Shown here: in pieces, positions 9,307-18,355 of the stretch
How positions within the stretch are numbered: position 1 is the first letter of the stretch
Layout: each line of letters opens with the position of its first letter
Source of the DNA: Candidatus Nanohaloarchaea archaeon
Lineage (GTDB): Archaea > Nanohalarchaeota > Nanosalinia > Nanosalinales > Nanosalinaceae
Length of the DNA: 64,000 nt
Reading direction: 5' to 3'
Assembly (NCBI GenBank): GCA_014297435.1
Contig: JACOQA010000001.1
Location: 215,796-279,795, forward strand
The notes under the pieces: model-generated
Told to the model about the DNA's origin: nothing
What the model saw: the letters and a program-made list of their open reading frames with translations, nothing else
Database searches by the model: none
Position numbers and translations under genes: made by a program

Positions 9307-9573
9307 TCACTCTGAACGCTTCTCAATCACTAGAACGGTTTCTTTAGCATGCTCTATTATCTTCAAAGGGTTGTTTTCTACATCTACAAAACTGTTCTTA
9401 CGTTCATGTATTTTTCCGTAAGTTTCTCTAGAGAGGCTTAGATGCATTAATCCGCCATTTGAACGATAAACAAGCTCGTAAAAGTAAAGCTCTGTCACTA
9501 TATCTACAACGTATCGATTATCGTACCTCTTAGATTTCTGTTTTCTGAACTCAAGTTCAAGTATGTCAGACAT
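9307..9573 (-). CDS. Hypothetical protein
   Basis: 88-aa ORF with ATG start. Confidence 0.55.
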   Translation of the reverse strand: MSDILELEFRKQKSKRYDNRYVVDIVTELYFYELVYRSNGGLMHLSLSRETYGKIHERKNSFVDVENNPLKIIEHAKETVLVIEKRSE

Positions 9574-9655
9574 CTGTCGCTGGTTGAATCATTTCGTTAA
9601 CTGGTTTTGAAGCCGATAATTCTTTTTGAGGGCTGAGTCCGACTAAAGTCTTGTT

Positions 9656-10267
9656 ATGGAGAAGAAAATCCTAGTAACTATTGCCGCTATATCGATTCTT
9701 GCCGCACCTGTAGCTGCTGACTTTCAAACCAACTATTCATCAAGTTACAGTTATTCTACATCAAGTAACGATCCGAATCAGTCATGGAGCTTCCAAATAC
9801 AAAAAATAGGTGCTTCATGTTCCAACAGCTCGAAAACATTGAGGAACGTAAAGTTCCACGAAGAAGGAGTGAGTTTTGAGGGTGCGCTCGAAGTTCCTAC
9901 TCCCTGTAGAATGCTGGAAGCGGACATAGAACAAACCGGCAACAGGACTTTTGCGTTAAAAATAGATTCAGAGCCGACCAAGATGCCGTGCACGCAGTGT
10001 GTAGGACAGATAAACTATAAACTCTCATTTAATTCTTCCCAACCTTATAAGCTGCGTCCATACCACAAAGGAAAGGTGGTGGAGACCTTTGAACATCCGG
10101 ATTTTGATAATGAATCCCGTGAATTCAACCAAACATCGATAACGCCATTAAACCAAACCTCGCTCGATGATCAAACTAATGCGGTTGAAGAGATAGACGC
10201 AGATAATACTGAGAGAAGAATGAGCGTTTTTGAAGGATTCTTGAATTGGTTCGGGGGTCTCTTCTAG
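9656..10267 (+). CDS. Secreted hypothetical (glyco)protein with Cys pairs
   Basis: Signal peptide, PTPC and CTQC motifs, several NxS/T sites, amphipathic C-terminus. Confidence 0.75.
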   Translation: MEKKILVTIAAISILAAPVAADFQTNYSSSYSYSTSSNDPNQSWSFQIQKIGASCSNSSKTLRNVKFHEEGVSFEGALEVPTPCRMLEADIEQTGNRTFALKIDSEPTKMPCTQCVGQINYKLSFNSSQPYKLRPYHKGKVVETFEHPDFDNESREFNQTSITPLNQTSLDDQTNAVEEIDADNTERRMSVFEGFLNWFGGLF

Positions 10268-11457
10268 TTGCTTGAGACAATTTCTATAACGTCTCTATGT
10301 TCTAGTTCGTGGTCTGAGCCGATCTGACGGTTCTCTCTACAATCAATTCCATGCAGGAAACCTTCTCCAAGATCTGAGTGAATCGTGAAGGCAAAGTCCT
10401 CCGCAGTTGACTCTTCGGGGACAAGGAAGCAATCAGGAAGAATATTTCCATGTTCGTCTCCTAGACCATCAGCTCCTCCGGGGAATACTGCCATAACTCC
10501 AAGCTCATCAAACAGAGCGGTCTCAAGAGCTTTTTGGACTCCTGTTCCTCCATATTCGTCCATAAAGTTTCTTATTTTTTCTAGACCTTCATGTTTCTTC
10601 TCTGGTATATCCTCAAGAACCTCAAAGTCTTTTTCACCTGGATGGTAATCTACAATATCTTTTTCTGCCGCATTCTTCAACGCCTTTTCAGCGTGGGCTG
10701 ATGATGGAACGATCTCTAAGTGTTCGTATTCCGGATCAGTGGTGATCTCCTCGAAATTTTCTCTAGCTTTCTCCGTATCCATCTTGTTAGCAGTAATAAT
10801 CATAGGCTTCGTCTCCTTCCTGATCTTCCTCGCCAACTCTTCTCTATCATTTTCATCCCATGTATCCGGATCTAGATCAAGATCGAGCGATAAAATTATC
10901 TGTTTAATCTCGTTCTTATTTGTTTTAAATGCAGACATCTGTTCTGCCAGCTCTTCCTCAAGCTTTACGTCTTGAGGTCCTTTCTTAGATTCGTAGCGTT
11001 CGATTCCTTTTTCGAGAATCTCTAAGTACCACATGTCGAGTTCTTCTTCTAGAAAATCGATGTCTTTTCTTGGATCGTGACCTTCAGTAGGTTCTCCTTC
11101 AATATCGGTCTCTCCAGAGAAGTCCACTATATGAATAAGGACATCAGCCTCGTTAAGATCGGTAAGGAACTTGTTGCCGAGACCTTTACCCTCGTGTGCC
11201 CCGGGAATTAGTCCTGCAACGTCTACAAGCTTGACTGGAACGTAACGTGTTCCGTGGTTACAGTAACCGACTCTTGGATCACATTCCTCGTCGAAGTCTG
11301 GTGCAGCGCACTGCACGCGTACGTATGCTTCGCCGACAGAAGGATCTATAGTTGTAAAAGGGTAGTTTCCTTCATCGACTGAGTTCATGGTTGCTGCATT
11401 GAAGAACGTTGATTTTCCGACTGAGGGCTTTCCGACAAGCCCGATTTTGTAAGGCAT
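10264..11457 (-). CDS. ychF: Obg-family ATPase YchF (archaeal type)
   Basis: GKPSVGKS, NYPFTTIDP, DVAGL, NKMD, C-terminal TGS domain. Confidence 0.95.
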   Translation of the reverse strand: MPYKIGLVGKPSVGKSTFFNAATMNSVDEGNYPFTTIDPSVGEAYVRVQCAAPDFDEECDPRVGYCNHGTRYVPVKLVDVAGLIPGAHEGKGLGNKFLTDLNEADVLIHIVDFSGETDIEGEPTEGHDPRKDIDFLEEELDMWYLEILEKGIERYESKKGPQDVKLEEELAEQMSAFKTNKNEIKQIILSLDLDLDPDTWDENDREELARKIRKETKPMIITANKMDTEKARENFEEITTDPEYEHLEIVPSSAHAEKALKNAAEKDIVDYHPGEKDFEVLEDIPEKKHEGLEKIRNFMDEYGGTGVQKALETALFDELGVMAVFPGGADGLGDEHGNILPDCFLVPEESTAEDFAFTIHSDLGEGFLHGIDCRENRQIGSDHELEHRDVIEIVSSN

Positions 11458-11542
11458 ATACTCGAACTGATTTTGAAAGCTTAAAAGTCGGTTCAGAATA
11501 TTATCGGTTCGCCCTTAAAGCTCGTCCCGTAACCATTTACGT

Positions 11543-11908
11543 ATGCGAAAGTTCAAACTCCCGGGGAGAGATCCTTCAAGACCCAGACTCGACGAAAAGG
11601 ACATCGAGTTGATCAAGAAGCAAGGGATCGACAAGATCAAAGAGATTTCTGAGGTGATGGTGGAGGATAAACTAGTCAACGGAAAAGAGATTCCTCGTGG
11701 AGGTAACCCGGTCTACAAGGCTATGCATGCCTGTAATGTTTCGAATCGAGGAGAGCTTGAAGGAGCGCATAGAATTAGAAAGGATAGGGAGCTGAAACAG
11801 AGCGACATTAACTCAATTGTCAACGTTATAATGCGCTGGATCGTTAGAGAATACAACTTCTACATGGAAGAAGAGAAAGAGAAACAAAAAAGCCTTCAGG
11901 AATTCTAA
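11543..11908 (+). CDS. DUF4186 family protein
   Basis: GKEIPRGGNPVYKAMHA...IVNVIMRWI matches family pattern GKQTPxRGHPVFxAQHA...IMxWI. Confidence 0.75.
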   Translation: MRKFKLPGRDPSRPRLDEKDIELIKKQGIDKIKEISEVMVEDKLVNGKEIPRGGNPVYKAMHACNVSNRGELEGAHRIRKDRELKQSDINSIVNVIMRWIVREYNFYMEEEKEKQKSLQEF

Positions 11909-11951
11909 GGCTTTTCCCAACGAAAAATGATTGTGAAGAAGTCTAGAGTGA

Positions 11952-13253
11952 TTAGATGAAGTTCTCTGACTTCAGGTGCTCGATTATCTCATCTTTCCCG
12001 ATCTCCTCTTCCTCACCAGATTCCATGTGCTTCACAGTCACTTGATCGTTTTCAAGATCTCTTTCTCCAACTATAAGAACACGTTTTGCATTTATGTCGT
12101 CAGCGTAACCTAGTTGGGAGCCGAACCCTCTTCCGACCAAGTCGGTCTCCACAGACAGACCTTTCTCTCTCAACTTGACCCCATAATCAAGGGCGACATC
12201 TCTTACTGAGTCAGAGACTGAGAGAACGTAGACATCTGTCTCAACCTCTTTCAGAGGGTACCGATCCTCCTTCTTCAGCAGTTCGATAGTAGTGGAGTAA
12301 CCGAATGCGAAACCTACTGCAGGAACTTCTCTGTCTCCGAATTGACCGACAAGTTCATCGTAGCGACCCCCGCCAAATAGAGCTCTAAGTTCTCCTTCAG
12401 AGTCGAAGGCCTCGAACACAAGACCGGTGTAGTAAGCCAGACCTCTTACAATCGAAAGATCGAACCGGCACATATCTGCAACACCGTAGGCTTCAAGAGC
12501 TTCACCAAGGCTTTCCATCCGGTTAACAGAGTCTTGAACCTCTTCCGGAGCTTTTTCTCTTAACTCATCTATCTGATCAAGTATAGGTCCGGAAATATCC
12601 GTCAGCTCGTCCACCTGCTCAGCGTCCTCTCGTGAAAGACCTCTTTCCCCAAGATCGTCTAGGAACTCCTCACGGGAAAGCTTCTCCTTGTCATCAACCA
12701 CTTTCATAGCTTCCTCGGTTTTCTCGATTCCATGTGATTCGAGAATTGACTCAAGGAGTTCCCGGTCGTTTATCAGAAACTTCACGCGGTTATCCAGATC
12801 AAGTTTCCGGTAGATAGTCGCTGCTGCCGCGATGATCTCTGCATCTGTCTCCACAGACTCAACTCCGAAGATATCGAAGTCTCCCTGCAGGAATTCTCGG
12901 TCACGACCTCTCGTGACATCTTCATACCTCCATCTCTTGGAAGTATTGTACCACTTCACCGGAGTTTTGAGATCCTTCCTCTTCTGGATCAGCCTTGCTC
13001 TTGTCGGAGTTTGCTCCGGAACCAGCGTTATCTCGTTATCTCCTTTGTCTGTAAAGGCATACATTTCATCTGTAACTGAGTCCTCCTCTTTTTCTGTCCA
13101 GAGTTCCTGTCTCTCGATGCTTGGCGGTTCGATTTGCCTAAAACCAAACTCCTCCGCAGTCTCCTCTACTGTTTCGATCAGGTGTTTCCATGTTGCCCAT
13201 TCATTAGGGTAACGATCGTAGGTACCTTTCAGACTCTCCAGATTGATTGCCAT
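11952..13253 (-). CDS. hisS: Histidine--tRNA ligase
   Basis: KGTYDRYP, WRYE..RGRDREFLQ, RGLAYYTG, GGGRYD motifs. Confidence 0.97.
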   Translation of the reverse strand: MAINLESLKGTYDRYPNEWATWKHLIETVEETAEEFGFRQIEPPSIERQELWTEKEEDSVTDEMYAFTDKGDNEITLVPEQTPTRARLIQKRKDLKTPVKWYNTSKRWRYEDVTRGRDREFLQGDFDIFGVESVETDAEIIAAAATIYRKLDLDNRVKFLINDRELLESILESHGIEKTEEAMKVVDDKEKLSREEFLDDLGERGLSREDAEQVDELTDISGPILDQIDELREKAPEEVQDSVNRMESLGEALEAYGVADMCRFDLSIVRGLAYYTGLVFEAFDSEGELRALFGGGRYDELVGQFGDREVPAVGFAFGYSTTIELLKKEDRYPLKEVETDVYVLSVSDSVRDVALDYGVKLREKGLSVETDLVGRGFGSQLGYADDINAKRVLIVGERDLENDQVTVKHMESGEEEEIGKDEIIEHLKSENFI

Positions 13254-13268
13254 TTTTAACTAGTCCTC

Positions 13269-14042
13269 TTAAATAGGGCTTTTATCCGAGTTTTTATACT
13301 GGTTTTGAGTTCTTTCAAACCTTCCAAGCCGGCTGGTCATTCCCTCCACAGCTTCGTAGTCAAGCCCTACATCTTCAGCTGAACTGCCGGAAACGAACAT
13401 GTAGACGCCGGCAACCTCTTCAGGTGTTTCTGCCAGCAACTCTTCCTCCTCACCGAAATCAGCGAAGTCGGAAAAAGAGATGTAATCGGGATCGGAGCCC
13501 CAGTACCTCTCAGCGGCTGTTTTCCCAACCGATTGAAACTCATCGGGCAGCAGAACAGTCTCCGGCACTACATTCAGATCTGTGTTCATTACTCCCCATT
13601 TCACCTCGTCGCCATACGTCTCCTCAAGCCGATAACCTTTTTCTTCGACAGTTTCCTCGATCAGTTCTTCAAATGGCCTATCGATCTCATCTTCTGTGTA
13701 GTTTCCTTCTACTAGCCAATCAAAGCCTTGGTAGAACCTGTCCGGGTTGAAAGCTAGAGGGTTCTGATCGAAGGACTGGATTTTTACGTCTCTGAAGCTT
13801 GTCTCGGTAAAAACAGGTCTGTTGAAAGCTCGACCGGTATCCTTGAAACTGACGCAGTCAAGTTTCACAACCGCCCTTTCAATCCAGTGACGGTTCAAAC
13901 CGGTATTTGCATAAATCTTTCCCACGCCGTTCAGGACGTCCAGTATGTAATCTTTATCGTATTCTTCGGGTAATTCCTCTCTTAAGGCTGTTCCGGCATT
14001 TCTGCCTTTCTCCGGAACCCCGATAACAGACTCATTTGTCAC
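13269..14042 (-). CDS. Acidic hypothetical protein coupled to AbrB-family gene
   Basis: Long ORF; probable GTG start overlapping the end of the upstream gene. Confidence 0.7.
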   Translation of the reverse strand: MTNESVIGVPEKGRNAGTALREELPEEYDKDYILDVLNGVGKIYANTGLNRHWIERAVVKLDCVSFKDTGRAFNRPVFTETSFRDVKIQSFDQNPLAFNPDRFYQGFDWLVEGNYTEDEIDRPFEELIEETVEEKGYRLEETYGDEVKWGVMNTDLNVVPETVLLPDEFQSVGKTAAERYWGSDPDYISFSDFADFGEEEELLAETPEEVAGVYMFVSGSSAEDVGLDYEAVEGMTSRLGRFERTQNQYKNSDKSPI

Positions 14043-14295
14043 GGAGAACTGCCTCCAGTACTTCTCCATCAAAGCTGAACTCTTTCACATCTTTGATGTC
14101 TGAAACAATTTCCAGGGCCTCAGATTTTGATGAAACCTTTTCTCTAACTACTCTGGTAGACCGGAGTGCAATTGAAACCCTGTCTCCTTTTTTCAGGTTA
14201 AATTTGTCTCTGATTCTAGCAGGGGCCGTTATACGGCCTTTAGAATCTATTTTGCCTGAAAAAGATACGCCAGAGCTGCATGTGAACCCGGTCAC
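14032..14295 (-). CDS. AbrB/MazE/SpoVT (MraZ-like) DNA-binding protein
   Basis: KIDSKGRITAPARIRDKFNLKKGDRV signature. Confidence 0.88.
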   Translation of the reverse strand: MTGFTCSSGVSFSGKIDSKGRITAPARIRDKFNLKKGDRVSIALRSTRVVREKVSSKSEALEIVSDIKDVKEFSFDGEVLEAVLRDK

Positions 14296-14518
14296 CCTTG
14301 GTTGATCGGATCTGTGAGCTAGAATTATCTAGAAGATTTTGAGAGCTATTCGAAACTTGTTCGTCTTCCCTGTCCAGGGAGATGATCGTATCCACCTTGC
14401 ATTAGTGATCGCCTATCCACCAAAAAATCACTGAAGGTATATAAATACAAGTGGTATATGGGTGGGAGAATCGGTCTGTTAGTCGTTGTGAACGATTACA
14501 CGAATCGATAAAAGGCAG

Positions 14519-14965
14519 TTGAACGCCGAGAGTTACATGCAGTTCGGCATGAGAAGCTTCAAGGCCTCCAAACCGATCGATGAATATCGGGAGTTCAGAG
14601 AGGTCTACGCAGAGTTGACATCCTCTTTAATCCAGCACGGTTTCGATTTTGACGCCCGACCCAAGTTCGATGAGGACGAAAGACATAGCTCGGTCTGTAT
14701 ATACGGCGACGACTTCAGGTTTGAAATCGACTATTACCCTGTGGAAGCCCATTTCGATTCATGGCGCGAACAGCTGGATGCCGAATCATGGGCAACCCTT
14801 GAAGCGGATCTCAGAGTTTCTAAAGATCTAAGCTCTGCTAGAGAGTACATGGAGTCCAACTTCGGCACCGATAACCTGGAGGAGAGTGACGAATCTCTCA
14901 AAGAGTATGTTGAGAGAAGATTTGAGAAGCTGGAGCGAACGTTCGACGGACTCGGAACTAACTAA
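14519..14965 (+). CDS. Acidic hypothetical protein
   Basis: 148-aa ORF; start uncertain. Confidence 0.65.
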   Translation: MNAESYMQFGMRSFKASKPIDEYREFREVYAELTSSLIQHGFDFDARPKFDEDERHSSVCIYGDDFRFEIDYYPVEAHFDSWREQLDAESWATLEADLRVSKDLSSAREYMESNFGTDNLEESDESLKEYVERRFEKLERTFDGLGTN

Positions 14966-14988
14966 AACACCGGAGTGAAACCGGAACC

Positions 14989-15459
14989 ATGGGAGACTTC
15001 TCTGAACATGTCCTGTTCGGAATGCTGTCAGCCTCGGTCGCGTTCTACCTCGTAAGCGACTTCGTCAACCTGACCGGTGCAGAGACAGTGATGGCGGGAA
15101 CCATGCTTTTCATAGGATCGGTACTTCCTGACATAGATCACAAAAACTCTTACGTGCATAGAGCCGCAAAAGCAACTCTAAGTATTTCAACAGGAATTTT
15201 CTTGGCTTTGCTTGCTCCTTTCGGTGTAAAAGACAGATTTCTGCTTGGAATGGCAGGTTTTACAGCCGTGTACATAGGTTTCTCCATGTTGAAGATGAAG
15301 CACCGGGGTTTCACTCACTCAATTCTTTTCGCTTTCACAGTCACCATGCTTGTCGCCGCTTTCGGTCTTTACTCGGCTTCAACGCTTGCCCCGGCCGTAG
15401 CTGTAATGCTGGGAATAAGCTCCCACTTGATACTTGACGGAGAGTTCAAGCTCCGTTAG
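14989..15459 (+). CDS. Membrane-bound metal-dependent hydrolase (YdjM/DUF457-like)
   Basis: H..., LPDIDH, HRGFTHS, SHLILD motifs. Confidence 0.9.
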   Translation: MGDFSEHVLFGMLSASVAFYLVSDFVNLTGAETVMAGTMLFIGSVLPDIDHKNSYVHRAAKATLSISTGIFLALLAPFGVKDRFLLGMAGFTAVYIGFSMLKMKHRGFTHSILFAFTVTMLVAAFGLYSASTLAPAVAVMLGISSHLILDGEFKLR

Positions 15460-15905
15460 TTTATGTCTGCGACGTCTTCCATCGTCGCTTTTCTGGAGTC
15501 AGCGTCGTCGTTTCTGGAGTAGTCAGCGACCTCAGGATTGGTGTAGAGCTTGATATCGAACTTCTTCGATATCTTTTTCGCCAGAGGCTTGTCGGGCTTT
15601 AACTGTTCCTGCTCAAGCTTTTTGAGAAGTGATTCTTTCTCGTTTATATCCTCTGCGACCTCTGCGATTGAAAGCTGCTTTGATTCACGTGCTTTCTTGA
15701 TCTTCTCGCCGTAACCGTTGACGAGAACGTCTTTGCTCGATGATTTCTTCTTTCTTTTTTTCTTTTTCCTCTTCTTGCTGCTTGAAGATGAGCCTACTTC
15801 ATCACCCATCGATGCACATGATTCGCAGGTCTTGAGGATTGTTCCCTCGATTTTAACTTTCTTCAGAGAATCTGCTTCTTGTCCACATAGTTCACACGAT
15901 GACAT
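15456..15905 (-). CDS. Archaeal multiprotein bridging factor aMBF1
   Basis: CELCG..CESC zinc ribbon, Lys-rich linker, Cro-HTH KIKKARE..LKPD. Confidence 0.92.
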   Translation of the reverse strand: MSSCELCGQEADSLKKVKIEGTILKTCESCASMGDEVGSSSSSKKRKKKKRKKKSSSKDVLVNGYGEKIKKARESKQLSIAEVAEDINEKESLLKKLEQEQLKPDKPLAKKISKKFDIKLYTNPEVADYSRNDDADSRKATMEDVADIN

Positions 15906-16064
15906 TCTTGGTTCACGGATATATAGTCGCTAAGTTGTGTTTGTACTAACGTCAAACTCTTTCCCGAGGTTTAATACCTTTACGCCGCATCGGAAACATT
16001 TTAAATCAAAAACCAATTTATCTCCTACAAATGGTTTAAACATTTTGTCCTTCTCGTAAATTTT

Positions 16065-16748
16065 ATGTCGGATATAGAGACACTTTTACGTTCCAATTTA
16101 GAACATTCGGAAAACTTCGAAGACTGCTTTGATGATTTACAGGACTCTCAGTTGCCACACTCTGTAACTTTATGTTGTTCTGACTCAAGAGTACTCCAGG
16201 ATCATGCATGGGGCAACGATCAACCAGGTGAAATATTTACGGTAAGTAACATCGGAAACAGAACTTACCAAAAAACAGAAAATGGTGAAACGCCTTCGGG
16301 AGATGTTCTGTATCCAGTTGTCCATACTGATACCGACAATATTGTTGTCATGGGTCACACGGGATGCGGTGCTGTAACGGCAACTTATGATTCTTTAACA
16401 GGTAGTCTTGAAGGAGAAGAACCCGAGGGAATAGAGTACTGTGTAGGGCTTCTCGAATCAAGACTTGAAGAAGGAGTAGATGAGCTCCCTGAAGGACTTG
16501 AAAGACCAGAAGCTATTAACAGGCTTGTAGAATACAACGTTGACCGACAGGTAGAGTTCCTTGATGAGTCAGAAGAGGTTCCAGATGATGTCAATGTTTA
16601 CGGTGTTGTCTATGACTTTCAGGATGTCTACTCTGGTTCGAGAGGCGAGATCCACCTTATCAACGTAGATGGAGAGAACAAAGTAGAGGACTTAAAGGAT
16701 TCTTATCCTGAGGTACAGGACAGGGTTGAAAGACTCTGGGAGTACTAA
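16065..16748 (+). CDS. Beta-class carbonic anhydrase
   Basis: CSDSR, NIGN, GHTGCGA zinc-ligand motifs. Confidence 0.93.
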   Translation: MSDIETLLRSNLEHSENFEDCFDDLQDSQLPHSVTLCCSDSRVLQDHAWGNDQPGEIFTVSNIGNRTYQKTENGETPSGDVLYPVVHTDTDNIVVMGHTGCGAVTATYDSLTGSLEGEEPEGIEYCVGLLESRLEEGVDELPEGLERPEAINRLVEYNVDRQVEFLDESEEVPDDVNVYGVVYDFQDVYSGSRGEIHLINVDGENKVEDLKDSYPEVQDRVERLWEY

Positions 16749-16814
16749 AACTATTTCTCTCCTCTTTCCTAATTTTTCCTAAATTATTTGACTTCAAGAA
16801 CGATATTATACAGC

Positions 16815-17069
16815 ATGGGACGGGGGATGTATCTTTACAGAGGGGAAATGGATGAAACCGAGTTCGGGAATCTACAAGAAAAAATACTCAAGGAATATGG
16901 TATGTAGAAAGGGGTTGACTATTAAATTGGTGATGAACCAGATAATCCTAAACTAGGTATGAATCCAGATGATCCGGAACTGAAGGTAGACGTTGTCCCC
17001 TTGAGTCTAACAGTACCTTATTACGGCGAAGAAGATGTACTTGAAGCCTTTGGAAATCTAACGGATTGA
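16815..17069 (+). pseudogene. Probable pseudogene (acidic 84-codon frame with two in-frame stops)
   Basis: MGRGMYLYRGEMDETEFGNLQEKILKEYGM*KGVDY*IGDEPDNPKLG...EAFGNLTD* all in one frame. Confidence 0.55.
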
Positions 17070-17101
17070 TTCTCTCTATATCGGTTTCAAATGAAACGGA
17101 T

Positions 17102-17644
17102 TTATTCCCCGAGTTTCCTCATAGTGTAACCATAAACGAAGCTAACCATTGATATTCCAAAGAGTCCTAGAGCTAGGAATAGGAACAGATCTGCGGATAC
17201 AAGTCCGCTTTCGGAAGCTTTCTGCGCCTTTTCTGCTGTATCCATAGCTCCCATTTGGTTCATCGTAGTCATGGCAGAGGCTGCTTCCTCCTGAGCTTTC
17301 TGCTTTCCAAGCTGTGTGAACGAATAAGTCCCTATGCCTAACGCGGCAATTCCTGAAATCGCTGAGCCGGTAAGTGAGAACTTGACTTTTCTTTCTTTTC
17401 CGTTTACTATCGTTTCAGCTTTTCTCGTAGGCTTGTAAACCACTCGCTTCCGTCCATCTTTCTCGTCTTTTTCGACGAGTTCTGCTTCGTGAAGCTTTGT
17501 CAGGTGAGAGGAGACAGTTGACTTGGACTTGCCTATCTCATTACTTATGCTGGTAGGTGTTGCGTCTTTCTCCATTACGCTGTTTAGTATCCTGATCCTT
17601 GTTGGTGAGGAGAGTGCTTTAACGGCGTTGAAGTCAAGTTCCAT
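17102..17644 (-). CDS. ArsR-family wHTH regulator with C-terminal TM helices
   Basis: KALSSPTRIRIL..KSTVSSHLTKL..; two hydrophobic segments at C-terminus. Confidence 0.9.
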   Translation of the reverse strand: MELDFNAVKALSSPTRIRILNSVMEKDATPTSISNEIGKSKSTVSSHLTKLHEAELVEKDEKDGRKRVVYKPTRKAETIVNGKERKVKFSLTGSAISGIAALGIGTYSFTQLGKQKAQEEAASAMTTMNQMGAMDTAEKAQKASESGLVSADLFLFLALGLFGISMVSFVYGYTMRKLGE

Positions 17645-17685
17645 GATCTAAACTTTCTTAGGGTATCTTTTATTTTTCATATCTG

Positions 17686-17709
17686 TTTGTTCGAGTTGAG
17701 TCGAACAAA
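17686..17709. promoter_or_regulatory. Perfect inverted repeat TTTGTTCGA-N6-TCGAACAAA, probable operator
   Basis: 9-bp arms about 40 nt upstream of the ArsR start. Confidence 0.65.
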
Positions 17710-17897
17710 TTTTTGTAGGTCGCTGAACCTGTTTTTATGTGTTGCCATAGGTGTGAGCTGGTATTAACTCTTCTCGACCTTGTTTTTAAGGGTTTCGGCG
17801 AGAACCCGGTTTTTAGACCTTAGTAGTAAAGATTTCAGGGAGTATCGCCCGTACCTATAAAAAAGAGGCTTCATAATGTTTCCTTGGTGATCAGAAC

Positions 17898-18065
17898 ATG
17901 GTAGACGTACTTAAGAAGTCTGGCGTCCGTGACGCAGCTGACGGAGTCAACGTAGGCTCCGATTTCTATGAAGCTCTAGACGACGAGGTAAAGGACCTTG
18001 TAGAAAGAGCAGTAGAAAGAGCACAGGAAAACGGACGAAAGACCGTCAAGGCAAGAGACGTTTAA
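17898..18065 (+). CDS. Small histone-fold protein (DUF1931 / face-to-face type), 55 aa
   Basis: MVDVLKKSGVRDAADGVNVGSDFYEALDDEVKDLVERAVERAQENGRKTVKARDV; RKTV..RD signature; SD GGTGA and TATA upstream; absent from ORF track. Confidence 0.93.
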   Translation: MVDVLKKSGVRDAADGVNVGSDFYEALDDEVKDLVERAVERAQENGRKTVKARDV

Positions 18066-18136
18066 AATACGTTCTCTAGCTTTCTAATTTCAACTGTTTC
18101 CCTTTTTATTTTCACGAAGAAAGAAAATTAAATGTA

Positions 18137-18352
18137 TTAGAGCTCTTCGCCCCTTCTCTCGACTTCATCCAGGTACATTTCGATCTCCTGAAGTGCTTCC
18201 CTTAACTCTTCAACGGTCTCAATATTCTCTATAGGCAATCTACCTAGGTCTCCCTCGTTAATAGTGATTACAGCTTTTCCATCATCAGCCTCTACCTTAA
18301 ATTCGAGGACATCATGAGGTCCTTCTTTGAATTCGTGTAAGATCTCGTTCAT
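18137..18352 (-). CDS. Small acidic hypothetical protein
   Basis: 71 aa, last gene of operon. Confidence 0.75.
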   Translation of the reverse strand: MNEILHEFKEGPHDVLEFKVEADDGKAVITINEGDLGRLPIENIETVEELREALQEIEMYLDEVERRGEEL

Positions 18353-18355
18353 AAA

